From positions 512,001-576,000 of the forward strand of contig CAVTRN010000001.1 in NCBI GenBank assembly GCA_963737155.1: DNA of 64,000 bases. The letters run 5' to 3'. Of this stretch, positions 28,929 to 39,281 are shown piece by piece. The notes below the pieces were generated by a model. It had not been told where the DNA came from. It did no database searches and saw nothing but the letters and a program-made list of their open reading frames with translations. Positions within the stretch are counted from its first letter, which is position 1, and the number at the start of each line of letters is the position of its first letter. The position numbers and the translations under genes were made by a program. Source of the stretch: Nitrospirota bacterium (GTDB taxonomy: Bacteria; Nitrospirota; UBA9217).

Positions 28929-29999
28929 ATGGATAGAGAAAAAGATCACCCGCTTGCAGGAGACTTAGATCATATCATTGCTTCTACCCGGGAACTCTGG
29001 AATGATCTCCGCGGAGGACGTCTTTTTATTACGGGCGGCACTGGATTTGTCGGAACCTGGCTGCTTGAAAGCTTTGCCTGGGCAAATCGCATAATGGGAT
29101 TGAAGGCTTCAGCGGTAGTTCTGACTCGAAATTATGCTGCGTTCAAAGGGAAGGTGCCGCACCTCGCTGCCGACCCTGCGATAAATTTTCATTCAGGCGA
29201 TATACAAGCATTCACATACCCCGGTGGCGAATTTTCTCACATTATCCATGCCGCCGCGACATCCGCTTTAGCAACCTTCAATAAAGAAGACCCGCTGGCG
29301 AAATTTGCCACGGTCGTTGACGGTACGAGACACACACTCGATTTTGCAGTACATTGTCATGCGCGGAAATTGCTTCTGACCAGCTCAGGAGCTGTTTATG
29401 GTAAGCAGCCATACGACATGCCTCATATTACGGAAATTTGTGGCGGCGGACCTGATCCTTGCGGCGCAGATGCCGCATGGGGAGAGTCCAAACGGGCAGC
29501 GGAGTTTCTCTGCGCTCAATATTCGCGAGCATACGGTTTTGACTCGAAAATCGCCCGTTGTTTTTCTTTTCTCGGCCCGTATCTGCAATTGAACGTTCAC
29601 TATGCAGTCGGCAACTTTATTCGGGATGCCATAAATGGCGGTCCTATTTGCATTCGCGGTGATGGCACTCAACATCGTTCTTACATGTATGCGGCTGACC
29701 TCGTCATCTGGCTCTGGAAAATCCTGATACAGGGCGAATCGCGCCACCCGTATAATGTCGGGTCAGAGGAGGACGTGACAATCGCAGAGCTGGCAAATCG
29801 CGTCGCACAGTGTTTTGACAAGCCTATCGAGATCACTATGGCAAAAAAACCGGCATCAGTACATGCAGCCGAGCGATATGTACCATCAACAAGGCGGGCA
29901 CAGCAAGATCTGGGACTTCAGCAGTGCATAAGCCTCCGGGAGGGTATTGAGCGAACTGTTGCGCATGTGCGCGCCCACCCCTCATTGTACTTTCGGTAA
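28929..29999 (+). CDS. NAD-dependent epimerase/dehydratase/reductase (extended SDR)
   Basis: TGGTGFVG and TSSGAVYG motifs; the YxxxK position reads WGESK. Confidence 0.85.
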   Translation: MDREKDHPLAGDLDHIIASTRELWNDLRGGRLFITGGTGFVGTWLLESFAWANRIMGLKASAVVLTRNYAAFKGKVPHLAADPAINFHSGDIQAFTYPGGEFSHIIHAAATSALATFNKEDPLAKFATVVDGTRHTLDFAVHCHARKLLLTSSGAVYGKQPYDMPHITEICGGGPDPCGADAAWGESKRAAEFLCAQYSRAYGFDSKIARCFSFLGPYLQLNVHYAVGNFIRDAINGGPICIRGDGTQHRSYMYAADLVIWLWKILIQGESRHPYNVGSEEDVTIAELANRVAQCFDKPIEITMAKKPASVHAAERYVPSTRRAQQDLGLQQCISLREGIERTVAHVRAHPSLYFR

Positions 30000-30190
30000 T
30001 AGAGATACGAATTAGCCTCACGTTTACATGGGGTCTAAACTTTAATGTTTCATAAAAAAGTTCTTTTTTACAACAAGAGTCATCGCCGCGTATAAAAATG
30101 ATCTCAATATTATTACTGTATTGTCAAAACATTCAATGACGTTTAATAAGTACCTTGACGCTGAGCTTTCCCAGAAACAGGAGGGATTCT

Positions 30191-33100
30191 ATGTTTCATA
30201 ACCTGAGGACAACGATTCCGACGCATACTGCTGTTGCCAAGGTCAGGGTAAACATTGTATACGCGTATCTTCGCTCTGAAAATATTCACGAGGTGCATCG
30301 GGGAAATCTATCCGTTGTATGGTCTCCGGTTCCCCTGAACGGTTGTGATCATTATGTCTATCACAACGCATTCAGTTACCGGGGCAGACTGCCGGGGTTA
30401 AACATTCTCATGATGCTGGAACCGGCCGTCGTCCTCCCCGGTGAGTTCGATGACCGTATCTGGCGTCACTTTGACTATGTCTTGACATTGTTTGATGCCC
30501 TTCTTGAACGTGGAGATAAATTCAGGAAAATATTTTTTCCTCATTTTATGGGCAAGTCATACGCCCCGCTTACCGAGGACCTCGCATCGAGACGACGCTT
30601 CTATCCGACTGAAGGACGCAGGAATGCCATTTGTATGATCAATGGCTATAAACGTTCCTCTGTTCCCGGGGAATTATACTCTCGACGTGTTGAGATCGCG
30701 CAGTGGTTTCACGACCACTCGGATATTCCCTTTGATGTCTACGGCACGCCCGCGTTTCCTCTGCCAAACTACAAGGGAGCATTAGATGTAAAACTCTCAA
30801 TGCTGAAACAATACAAATACTGTCTTTGTTTTGAAAATACCGATCATCCCGTTCTGTCTGCCGGCTACATAACCGAGAAGATCCTTGACTGCCTTGAAAC
30901 GCGGACTATCCCCATTTATTTGGGTGCATCGAATATTGACAAATACATCCCCGCAGAATGCTTTATTGATTACAGGAAATTTGCAGGGTTAAGAGAGCTT
31001 GACGAATTTCTTCACACCCTGCCCGATGAGCAGTATGAAAACCATATTGCTAACATAGACAAATTCGTATCGAGCGGAAAATTGAGAAAATTTAGCAGTG
31101 ATTCGCTGAATAATGCAATCGTGGATCTCCTGATCGAAAAGAACTTCATTAATGCAGATGGACTGTTTAGAAAAGATGATCCCTGGATTCCAGAGACGCC
31201 GCTTTCACTGCCGCAGGGGAGATGGAGCGGATCAACCGCCCCCGTGTTATGGACCTGGAACTATCTGCAGAAGGAGAGTTCTCCGCTCTTGTCTCCGGAA
31301 CTTGTGAAACGGGAACGGAGCACAGGCAGCACCACGATATCTCGTGAGTCAAAAGTAAACATACTTTCCCGATCTCAATCAATACACGTTCTGTACATAG
31401 GATTGAAATATGCCGGCGGAAGTGCCGCGAGAGGATATGACTCCTCTTGGTGGAATATCCATGACGGACTGAAGCATTTTCTCAATGTAAAGGTTTCACA
31501 TTACGACTATATGCTGGATGCCGGGAAAAACGGGATAGCTGGCATGTCCGAAAATCTCGTTGCGCTGGTAAAGAAGAACAAGCCGGACTTGCTTATTCTG
31601 AACCAGAATTCTGTTGCTGCCGATGTAGTGAGGGAGGCTCTATCCAATATTACAAAACAAATGGATACGGTGACAATTGCATGGATGGGCGATGACCACC
31701 GGACATTTGATGATCAGTCGCAGTTATTGGCGCCCTGCCTGGATTACCTTATCACCACGAACGCCGCAGCCATTTCAAAATATCAGCAATTGGGATTCTC
31801 CGGCAAGATTATCAAAAGCCAGTGGGCATGCAACCCATATGCCTATTTCCCAATGCCGGCAGCACGACGTCGTGATATGAGTTTCATCGGTATGGCAAAA
31901 GACGATCGGGCGACCGTCATTACCTTGCTCAGAGAGCAAGGGCTGAAAATTGAGGTGTTCGGGCGGAACTGGCCGAACGGGATGGACATACCGCTTCAGG
32001 AGATGGTTAGGATCTTCTGTGAGTCAAGGATCAACCTCAACATCACCAGTCTGGCATCTCCTGCCTTGCAGCATATCAACTCGCGCATCTTTGAGGTACC
32101 AGGCTGCCGTGGCTTCCTGATTACGTCGACTGCAAAAGACTTGGAGCGCTACTACATCCCGGATGAGGAAATCGTGGTTGCCTCCTCCATTGAGGAATTG
32201 ACGGACAAGGCGCGACACTATCTGTCTCATGACACGGAACGCGAGGCAATAGCGCGACGGGGATATCAGCGAACGATGCAAGAGCATACTTGGGCACATC
32301 GATTCGGCAATATTTTATCAGCGATAGGGTTTCATGCGATCCCCGCTGCGGCGTCCACTTCCTTTCAGGAGCGGAATATAATTTCTGGAGCGGCCAGCAG
32401 GTCAGTCTCGATTTCAGTGTGTGCATACAACAACCTGGAATATACAAAACTATGTATTGAAAGCATTCTGCATTTTACCCCCGGGGATTATGAGTTACTT
32501 TTAGCGGACAATGGATCGACCGACGGCACGCTCGACTATTTTGAGTCCATAAAAAAGATTCATCCGCGCACGCGGGTGATCAAGTATTTCCGGAACAACA
32601 TCGTCGAGAGCGTCGGAAACTATTGTATGTCCCTTACCAATAGTGAGTACTTCGTTAGTATGACGAACGACCTGCTCGTGCACGAGCACTGGTGTGAGAA
32701 TTTCATCGATCAGATCGATGCTGCTGACGACATCGGAGTGGTCGGCCCTCGCTCCAACAGCATCAGTGGACCTCAGTATCTGCCATGTTCCTACCAGACA
32801 ATCGAGGAATACGCTGCCCTGGCCGAACAGCTGAGCCAATCGAACAAGGGCCGCAGCTTCGCCGTGGATCGTATGGTAGGCATGTGCTACATTATGAAGA
32901 AAAAGGTTTTCGAACGGGTCGGCGGAGTCGACCCAGAATTGCCGACCAACGGCAGAGACGGTGGATATGGTTTCAGCGATGACGATTTATCCGTTCGGCT
33001 GAGGTTGGCGGGGTACCGTATGCTTGTTGCAGATGATGTTCTGATTCACCATTATGGAAGCAAGACGGTCAGCAGGAACCGGCCTGACATTTTTGAGAAG

Positions 33101-36100
33101 CCGCAGAATATCAACAAGGGAAAATACCTGAAAAAACTTCTGAGCAATCCTCGCGTAGCAATCGGAAAGCACGGAGAAGTCTCAATTAAGCCGTTTGCCT
33201 TGAACGAGCCGGTTCCTCTTGATGAGAAAACGATCATACGACACCTGCGAATTTGCGTCGTCATGATAGGTGGCGGAAGCCCGCCGAAAATGCATGCACA
33301 AAACCGGTATACCAGTCTTCGGGAGGAGTTTCCGTCCGTCGAGATATCCACTGCTGATAGCGATATTACCTCGTGGCTGCTGTCAAAGGGATTGGAAAGC
33401 ACTTATGATATCGCCCTCTTTCTCGATACGCGGCTCTCTCCTGAGTTCGAGACCGTTCGGTCACTCCTGGATGCCGCTCTCTGTCATCCTGATGTCGCCA
33501 TTTTGGTTCCCGTGAGTAACCACGCTCCTTCCACTCATGCGACGCCCTCGGCAGGCGGTGGTGCCGTTGAAATTATTCCTTATGCGGACCTCTCCTTGTG
33601 CGCCATGCACCTGCGGCCAGTGCGTCCCTGCCTTAAACCGTTGACGGGGGCTTGGCAGGGTGGAGACCCGCTTTGGTTCCTGCAGCGCCGCATTCGCGGA
33701 GATGGCTATTTCGTCGCCAAGGCAAATAATCTTATCGTGACATCTGGACAGGCTCCGGAACGACATCCGTACGATGCGCTTGTCCTGCCGGAGCAGCTGG
33801 TTAGCGACAACAGATATGCTGAGGCAGCTGAAATCTACAAAGAAGACCTCCGGAGAGATCCGTCATTCGTCCAATCGCACTATCAGCTTGCATGCATTCT
33901 TCATAAAGGGGGCCGACCTGTCGAGGCTATCCAGGAAATTGAACATGCACTCAAGATCGACCCCGATTATATTGAAGCCTATGTTTTTCTTTCCCGTTAT
34001 TATCTGGCAAATGGCTCTCTCGCACAGGCTGAACAGTATGTTCGTCTCGCTCAGCTGAAACAGCCGGGGAACACCGAAGTACAGCAGTTAGTTGACGAAT
34101 TTGCCGAAAGAAAGAGCCTCCACCAGAAAACTATAGCGTCAAAAGAAAAAGAAATTGAAACCTTGCTTGCATTGGTAAATCAGGATGCTGCTCAAGGGAA
34201 GTGGTTCGAGGCTGCTACAAAATTATATGAGTTTATCAGTAAACATCCTGAAGCCGGTGTATGCTACGCCGCCCTCGGTTCGGTGTTGGCCAGAAAGGGC
34301 GACCTTGCCGGCGCAATTGAGCCCCTTGAAAGGGCGGTGAAGCTGCTTCCGAACGAACCTACCGTCGGCGTGCAGCTCGCACAACTCTATCGGGCAGTGG
34401 GACTTCAAAAAAAGGCAGTTGAGCAGATCATCGAAACGGTAAACAAAGCGCCCGCGGACCCCGATGCCCTTTTCACGTTCGCCACTATCGCGGGAGATAT
34501 CGGCAACGATGACGCGGCACAGGCGACTCTTTCAGAATTAGCAAAGATAGCGCCAAACTATCCCGGAATGAAGGAACTGCAAAATCAACTGGCTCAAAAG
34601 CATAAAACACCAGCACAACCGGAGCGGAATATCGACGACAATCCCGATCAACTTCTGAGGCGGGGAAACGCCTTTCTTGCCGCAAGAGAATGGCAGAAGG
34701 CAATCGATGACTTTGAGTGCGTCATAAAGTTGTTGCCGAACGTCGCTTCCGAGCTGAACCCCTGCCTGGGATACGCCTATTCGCAGATTGGTCGCTTTGA
34801 AGAGGCAGTCGCTTGCTATAAAAAGATCCTGATGGACAACCCGCGCTCCGCCGCCGCCTATTATAACCTGGGCAAAGCATATAAAGACCAGGGTAATTTT
34901 GATAGCGCAAAATCCTGTTATACTGATGCGCTTGAGCTTGACCCAAAGCATGTGGATAGTTGTTTCAATCTCGCGAATCTGAACCGTAACTTGGGCGAAC
35001 TGGATGATGCGATCTCTTGGTATGAAAAGACCCTAAAGCTGGCCGGGACTCACTTCGGGGCCCTATGCAACATGGGTGTTGCGTATCGCGAAAAGGGGGA
35101 ACTTTCCAAGGCTGAGAAAATATACAACGAAGCGATCAGTATCAAACCCAACTTCGCTGACGCCTATTGGAATCTAGGAATTGTGAATCTGCTGCGCGGT
35201 GATTTCCAGGAAGGCTGGAAAGGGTATGAATGGCGGTGGCGCAAAAGCGATTTCGCGCACGCAAAAAGGGATTTTAAGCAGCCGCAATGGGACGGCTCCT
35301 CGTTAACAGGCAAGACAATCCTAGTGCATGCCGAGCAAGGCATGGGAGACATGATCCAGTGCTTGCGTTTCCTTCCACTCTTGGCACAACGCGGAGGGAA
35401 AGTTATCGTGGAATGCCAGAAAGAACTTATGGCAATCGCGAGAACCGTTCAGGGCGTTCAGGAAGTAATTCCGCGAGGCAAGCCACTGCCTTTTTTTGAC
35501 GTCCATTGTCCGGTAATGACCCTCCCTTCAATCTTCGTGAACTCCCTGGAACAAATTCCGGCTGCCGTTCCGTATATATCCCTTGACAGCGCAGTCAGGG
35601 AAAAGTGGCTCAGCATACTGAAAAGGGATCCTGCACAGTTCAAGGTCGGCATTGTCTGGGCGGGAAATCAACAATATAAAAACGACATGAATCGTTCGTG
35701 TCCCATCACAGTATTTGCAAAATTGTTTAACATTGACCGCGTGTCGTTCTATAGCCTGCAGAAGGGCGAACCGGCCGCTCAACTGAGAGATGCTGGCAAG
35801 TTTGGAAACGTTATCGACACGAGCGCCGAACTGAATGATTTTATGGACACGGCCTGCCTGATGGAATGCCTTGACCTGGTGATCTCCGTGGACACAGCCG
35901 CGGCGCATCTTGCCGGAAGTCTCGGGAAAAATGCTTGGACCTTGCTGCCATTCGCACCTGACTGGCGCTGGATGCTTTCGAGGAATGATTCTCCCTGGTA
36001 CCCCACAATGCGTCTATTCAGGCAAAAAAAGGCCAGGGACTGGGAATGTCTGATCGATATCGTAAGGGAAGCATTGCAGGATGAGATAAAGAAACAGCCG

Positions 36101-38923
36101 GCGCAAGCTAGCATAGAAACGGCCGCTGCTGGTCGAATGTCCGCGAGACAGCCATCCAGCGGGGGCCTCATATCGATCATACTGTATGGTCTCCATCAAC
36201 GCAAGGTCGTTCAGCAATGCCTGTCAAGCATCAAGCTCAATACACCGGAACCGCACGAGGTTATCTTTATCACGGAGGCCGACGACGCGGGCATGAAATG
36301 GTTAAAACACGAAACCGCCTCTTATCCGGCTTATCGCATCGTGCAAACATCACTCGCTTCGGAATTTGTCAAAAGCTTTAACCACGCTATCCAGGAATCA
36401 ACCGGTGACTACCTTGTGTTAATGTCCGCTGACTGCTGCGTATCAGAACACTGGCTCTCCGACATGATCACGTGTCTGACGCACACCCCGGCTGCCGGCA
36501 TTGTGGGGCCTATGACAAATCTCGGGCAAGGCTTGCAAAAGACAGATCTCATTCTGGAAGATTTGACTGATAAGCTTCATGAGGCAATGAGCTGCTTTCG
36601 GATGAGGAATCATCATCGTCGTACTCCAACAGGTAAGGTTTCAGAATTTTGCATGCTTTTTAAGAAATCGCTTGTTCAGGAAATTGGGCTTTTTGAGGAA
36701 AAATTAGGCCTGCAAACCTTCGCAGACGATTATTGTCTGAGGGCAACTCTGCTCGGGCACAAGAATATGATCGCGGGCGATGTATATGTTCACAGAAGCA
36801 CTACAAAAGACCATTCCCGCAATACTCTGTCGGATCGTAAAACTCTTAAGAACAAATGGAACAATATAGATATGAACAGTGCGCTGGGTCGAAAACTGAT
36901 CGTGATGACCGCGATCGAGCAGGCATGGGAATTTCAAGGCCGGGAGCAGACAGAAAATGCGGCGGAACTCCTGCTTAAGGAGATAAAACGAAATCCTAAT
37001 GAAAGAGAACTATACTACAATTTCGCTGAAATCGTGATGCAGACAAAACAATTTAAGGAAGCTCTCGATGTCCTCGCCATGATGTCACAAGATGATCTCG
37101 ATATGCGCAAGCTTATCCTGACGGGATATTGCGAGGAAGGGCTCGGTCATCATGACGATGCCGAGCGAATTGCAGATCAAGTTCTCATTTCCGGTAAACA
37201 CGCCGCTAAGGCGCTAAATTTGAAAGGCGCTGTAGCGTATATAAAAGGCGACTCCGGAAAAGCAGAGTTTTTTTTCAAACAGGCTATCGATTGCGACCCC
37301 GGCTATGGAGAGCCCTATACAAATCTCGGCATATTAAAGTGGGCCGAGAAAAAAATCGCAGAGGCATTGGACTTGCTCGAAAGAGGATTCATTCTTTCCC
37401 CGACAATCACAGATATCGCGGTATCATACTATTCGGCGATAACCTCGGAGAAGGCATGGAACCGTGTCGAAAGAATATTTCAGGAGGCAAAGTCCCTTCA
37501 TCCGTCGAATCGGCGCATTGTTTTTCTCCTCATTGAAATTCTTCTCAGGGTGGAAAAACACATTTCAGCTATGGATGAAATCGAGAAAGCCATAATCAGG
37601 TTTGGCATTGACGATGGCATTATTAAGGCGGCTCTTGCCGTCCGAAAAAAAATAGGACCGGTTACTATTCGCAAGTCCTCTAAACGCGGCGCGACGCTGT
37701 CACTCTGCATGATCGTAAAAAATGAAGTACGCAGCCTAGCCAAGTGCCTTAGCAGTGTGAAAAACATAGTCGACGAAATGATCGTGGTTGATACAGGCTC
37801 GACTGATGGAACAAGGGACATCGCGGAGGTTTTCGGGGCGCAGCTTTACGATTTCCCATGGAATGGAAACTTTTCCGAGGCGCGCAACTATTCCCTTGGC
37901 CGGGCCAACGGCGACTGGGTTCTGGTTCTTGACGCTGATGAAGTGATCTCCCATCAGGACCACGCGGCTCTGCGGAGCCTCATAGCCCCGCCGAGCGCAG
38001 TGCCACCTGCCTATACTTTCGCTACAAGGAACTATCTTATGGCCGTGCATAATATCGGATGGATCGCCAACGATGGAATGTATCCGGATGAAGAAACGGG
38101 TACGGGGTGGGTGAGCAGCACCAAAGTAAGATTGTTTGTCCGCGACAAAAGAATCCAGTTTGTAAATCCGGTTCACGAACTTGTTGAACCGTCTTTGAAG
38201 AGGATCGGTGCCAAGGTAAAATACTGCGCTGTCCCGATTCATCACTACGGGAAAATGGATACGGACTTTGACGTTTTAAAAGGTCAGGAATACTACCTGC
38301 TCGGCAAAAAAAAGCTTGAAGAAAAAGGAAATGATCTTAATGCCATCCAGGAGTTGGCAATCCAGGCAGCCGGTTTGGGCAAGAACGAAGAAGCCCGTGA
38401 TCTCTGGCGGCAAGCCTTGAGCATCCGCCCTGATATGTTGGCCGCCCATATTAACATTGCAAACACCTACCTGATTATGAACAATTTTACCGAAGCCCTG
38501 GATTCGGCAAAGAAGGCAATTGCCCTAGGGCCCGGCATGCGTGAGGTTATTTGCAATTATGCGGTGTGTGAGCTGTACGCTGGCGACATTGAACGCAGCG
38601 TTGAGGTGCTCGAATCATTTATAAAGAAAGAAAAAGAATATCCTCTGGCGATCGTCATGCTACTTGCGGCATACTTTGGCTCAGGAAAAAAAGACAAGGG
38701 GTCTGAGCTGCTAACGTCTCTCAAACTTACCGGTTCTTCAGCGTTTGCAGATGCGATTTCACCTTTTATCAATAAACTGATGCAGGCCGGGAGAGTTGGT
38801 TATGCCAATGCAATACTCGAAGCACTGCTCGAACACAAGATATCCAGCAATAGAATATTAAGCTTGCACAAAGAGTGCGAGGGAAAAATGCTGATGTTGG
38901 AAACTACTCCAGAGATACTCTAA
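30191..38923 (+). CDS. Giant multi-module glycosyltransferase with TPR arrays (probable flagellin glycosylation)
   Basis: GT10-like (YCLCFEN..GYITEKI), CgeB/GT-B (RIFEVPGC), three GT2-like, GT9-like (AEQGMGD, ISVDT..AHLAG, WYPTMRLFRQ) and TPR blocks; GGAGGG RBS. Confidence 0.88.
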   Translation: MFHNLRTTIPTHTAVAKVRVNIVYAYLRSENIHEVHRGNLSVVWSPVPLNGCDHYVYHNAFSYRGRLPGLNILMMLEPAVVLPGEFDDRIWRHFDYVLTLFDALLERGDKFRKIFFPHFMGKSYAPLTEDLASRRRFYPTEGRRNAICMINGYKRSSVPGELYSRRVEIAQWFHDHSDIPFDVYGTPAFPLPNYKGALDVKLSMLKQYKYCLCFENTDHPVLSAGYITEKILDCLETRTIPIYLGASNIDKYIPAECFIDYRKFAGLRELDEFLHTLPDEQYENHIANIDKFVSSGKLRKFSSDSLNNAIVDLLIEKNFINADGLFRKDDPWIPETPLSLPQGRWSGSTAPVLWTWNYLQKESSPLLSPELVKRERSTGSTTISRESKVNILSRSQSIHVLYIGLKYAGGSAARGYDSSWWNIHDGLKHFLNVKVSHYDYMLDAGKNGIAGMSENLVALVKKNKPDLLILNQNSVAADVVREALSNITKQMDTVTIAWMGDDHRTFDDQSQLLAPCLDYLITTNAAAISKYQQLGFSGKIIKSQWACNPYAYFPMPAARRRDMSFIGMAKDDRATVITLLREQGLKIEVFGRNWPNGMDIPLQEMVRIFCESRINLNITSLASPALQHINSRIFEVPGCRGFLITSTAKDLERYYIPDEEIVVASSIEELTDKARHYLSHDTEREAIARRGYQRTMQEHTWAHRFGNILSAIGFHAIPAAASTSFQERNIISGAASRSVSISVCAYNNLEYTKLCIESILHFTPGDYELLLADNGSTDGTLDYFESIKKIHPRTRVIKYFRNNIVESVGNYCMSLTNSEYFVSMTNDLLVHEHWCENFIDQIDAADDIGVVGPRSNSISGPQYLPCSYQTIEEYAALAEQLSQSNKGRSFAVDRMVGMCYIMKKKVFERVGGVDPELPTNGRDGGYGFSDDDLSVRLRLAGYRMLVADDVLIHHYGSKTVSRNRPDIFEKPQNINKGKYLKKLLSNPRVAIGKHGEVSIKPFALNEPVPLDEKTIIRHLRICVVMIGGGSPPKMHAQNRYTSLREEFPSVEISTADSDITSWLLSKGLESTYDIALFLDTRLSPEFETVRSLLDAALCHPDVAILVPVSNHAPSTHATPSAGGGAVEIIPYADLSLCAMHLRPVRPCLKPLTGAWQGGDPLWFLQRRIRGDGYFVAKANNLIVTSGQAPERHPYDALVLPEQLVSDNRYAEAAEIYKEDLRRDPSFVQSHYQLACILHKGGRPVEAIQEIEHALKIDPDYIEAYVFLSRYYLANGSLAQAEQYVRLAQLKQPGNTEVQQLVDEFAERKSLHQKTIASKEKEIETLLALVNQDAAQGKWFEAATKLYEFISKHPEAGVCYAALGSVLARKGDLAGAIEPLERAVKLLPNEPTVGVQLAQLYRAVGLQKKAVEQIIETVNKAPADPDALFTFATIAGDIGNDDAAQATLSELAKIAPNYPGMKELQNQLAQKHKTPAQPERNIDDNPDQLLRRGNAFLAAREWQKAIDDFECVIKLLPNVASELNPCLGYAYSQIGRFEEAVACYKKILMDNPRSAAAYYNLGKAYKDQGNFDSAKSCYTDALELDPKHVDSCFNLANLNRNLGELDDAISWYEKTLKLAGTHFGALCNMGVAYREKGELSKAEKIYNEAISIKPNFADAYWNLGIVNLLRGDFQEGWKGYEWRWRKSDFAHAKRDFKQPQWDGSSLTGKTILVHAEQGMGDMIQCLRFLPLLAQRGGKVIVECQKELMAIARTVQGVQEVIPRGKPLPFFDVHCPVMTLPSIFVNSLEQIPAAVPYISLDSAVREKWLSILKRDPAQFKVGIVWAGNQQYKNDMNRSCPITVFAKLFNIDRVSFYSLQKGEPAAQLRDAGKFGNVIDTSAELNDFMDTACLMECLDLVISVDTAAAHLAGSLGKNAWTLLPFAPDWRWMLSRNDSPWYPTMRLFRQKKARDWECLIDIVREALQDEIKKQPAQASIETAAAGRMSARQPSSGGLISIILYGLHQRKVVQQCLSSIKLNTPEPHEVIFITEADDAGMKWLKHETASYPAYRIVQTSLASEFVKSFNHAIQESTGDYLVLMSADCCVSEHWLSDMITCLTHTPAAGIVGPMTNLGQGLQKTDLILEDLTDKLHEAMSCFRMRNHHRRTPTGKVSEFCMLFKKSLVQEIGLFEEKLGLQTFADDYCLRATLLGHKNMIAGDVYVHRSTTKDHSRNTLSDRKTLKNKWNNIDMNSALGRKLIVMTAIEQAWEFQGREQTENAAELLLKEIKRNPNERELYYNFAEIVMQTKQFKEALDVLAMMSQDDLDMRKLILTGYCEEGLGHHDDAERIADQVLISGKHAAKALNLKGAVAYIKGDSGKAEFFFKQAIDCDPGYGEPYTNLGILKWAEKKIAEALDLLERGFILSPTITDIAVSYYSAITSEKAWNRVERIFQEAKSLHPSNRRIVFLLIEILLRVEKHISAMDEIEKAIIRFGIDDGIIKAALAVRKKIGPVTIRKSSKRGATLSLCMIVKNEVRSLAKCLSSVKNIVDEMIVVDTGSTDGTRDIAEVFGAQLYDFPWNGNFSEARNYSLGRANGDWVLVLDADEVISHQDHAALRSLIAPPSAVPPAYTFATRNYLMAVHNIGWIANDGMYPDEETGTGWVSSTKVRLFVRDKRIQFVNPVHELVEPSLKRIGAKVKYCAVPIHHYGKMDTDFDVLKGQEYYLLGKKKLEEKGNDLNAIQELAIQAAGLGKNEEARDLWRQALSIRPDMLAAHINIANTYLIMNNFTEALDSAKKAIALGPGMREVICNYAVCELYAGDIERSVEVLESFIKKEKEYPLAIVMLLAAYFGSGKKDKGSELLTSLKLTGSSAFADAISPFINKLMQAGRVGYANAILEALLEHKISSNRILSLHKECEGKMLMLETTPEIL

Positions 38924-39281
38924 GGCCGGTTGCAAGGCTCAGATTTATATTGATGATACTGGTCAGTTTTTCCGGAGAAGAAAGTGCCATAACATCGAAA
39001 ATCTGTTTGCTAACATAAACCCCAAGTGAAAGAATATCCTCTCGGAGTTTCTTCGGAAGCGGATTGTCCTGTTTTGCGAGCTCACTCATAAATATGTTCC
39101 AGATCATCTGGTTATATTTGATCGCCTCCTTAAGGGCGGCGCTGCGATCTGCGGCATTCCAATTTTCCTGACACTGCTGAAACATCAGGGCTCCTCTGGT
39201 GAACACCGACGCTTCTAGTTCTCTCCCAGTCATCGTGGTTTTCTGGACTGTCCGGTATGCCTCAATTTGTTTTGCTAGCAT
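38904..39281 (-). CDS. flaF: Flagellar biosynthesis regulator FlaF
   Basis: RELEA, N..IW.IF..EL...DNPLPKKLR.DILSL, ININ.SLA.GL. Confidence 0.88.
   Translation of the reverse strand: MLAKQIEAYRTVQKTTMTGRELEASVFTRGALMFQQCQENWNAADRSAALKEAIKYNQMIWNIFMSELAKQDNPLPKKLREDILSLGVYVSKQIFDVMALSSPEKLTSIININLSLATGLRVSLE

Noticed and set aside
38904-38923. 20-nt convergent overlap of flaF and the giant GT as antisense regulation
   Set aside because: Short 3' overlaps are common and there is no further evidence
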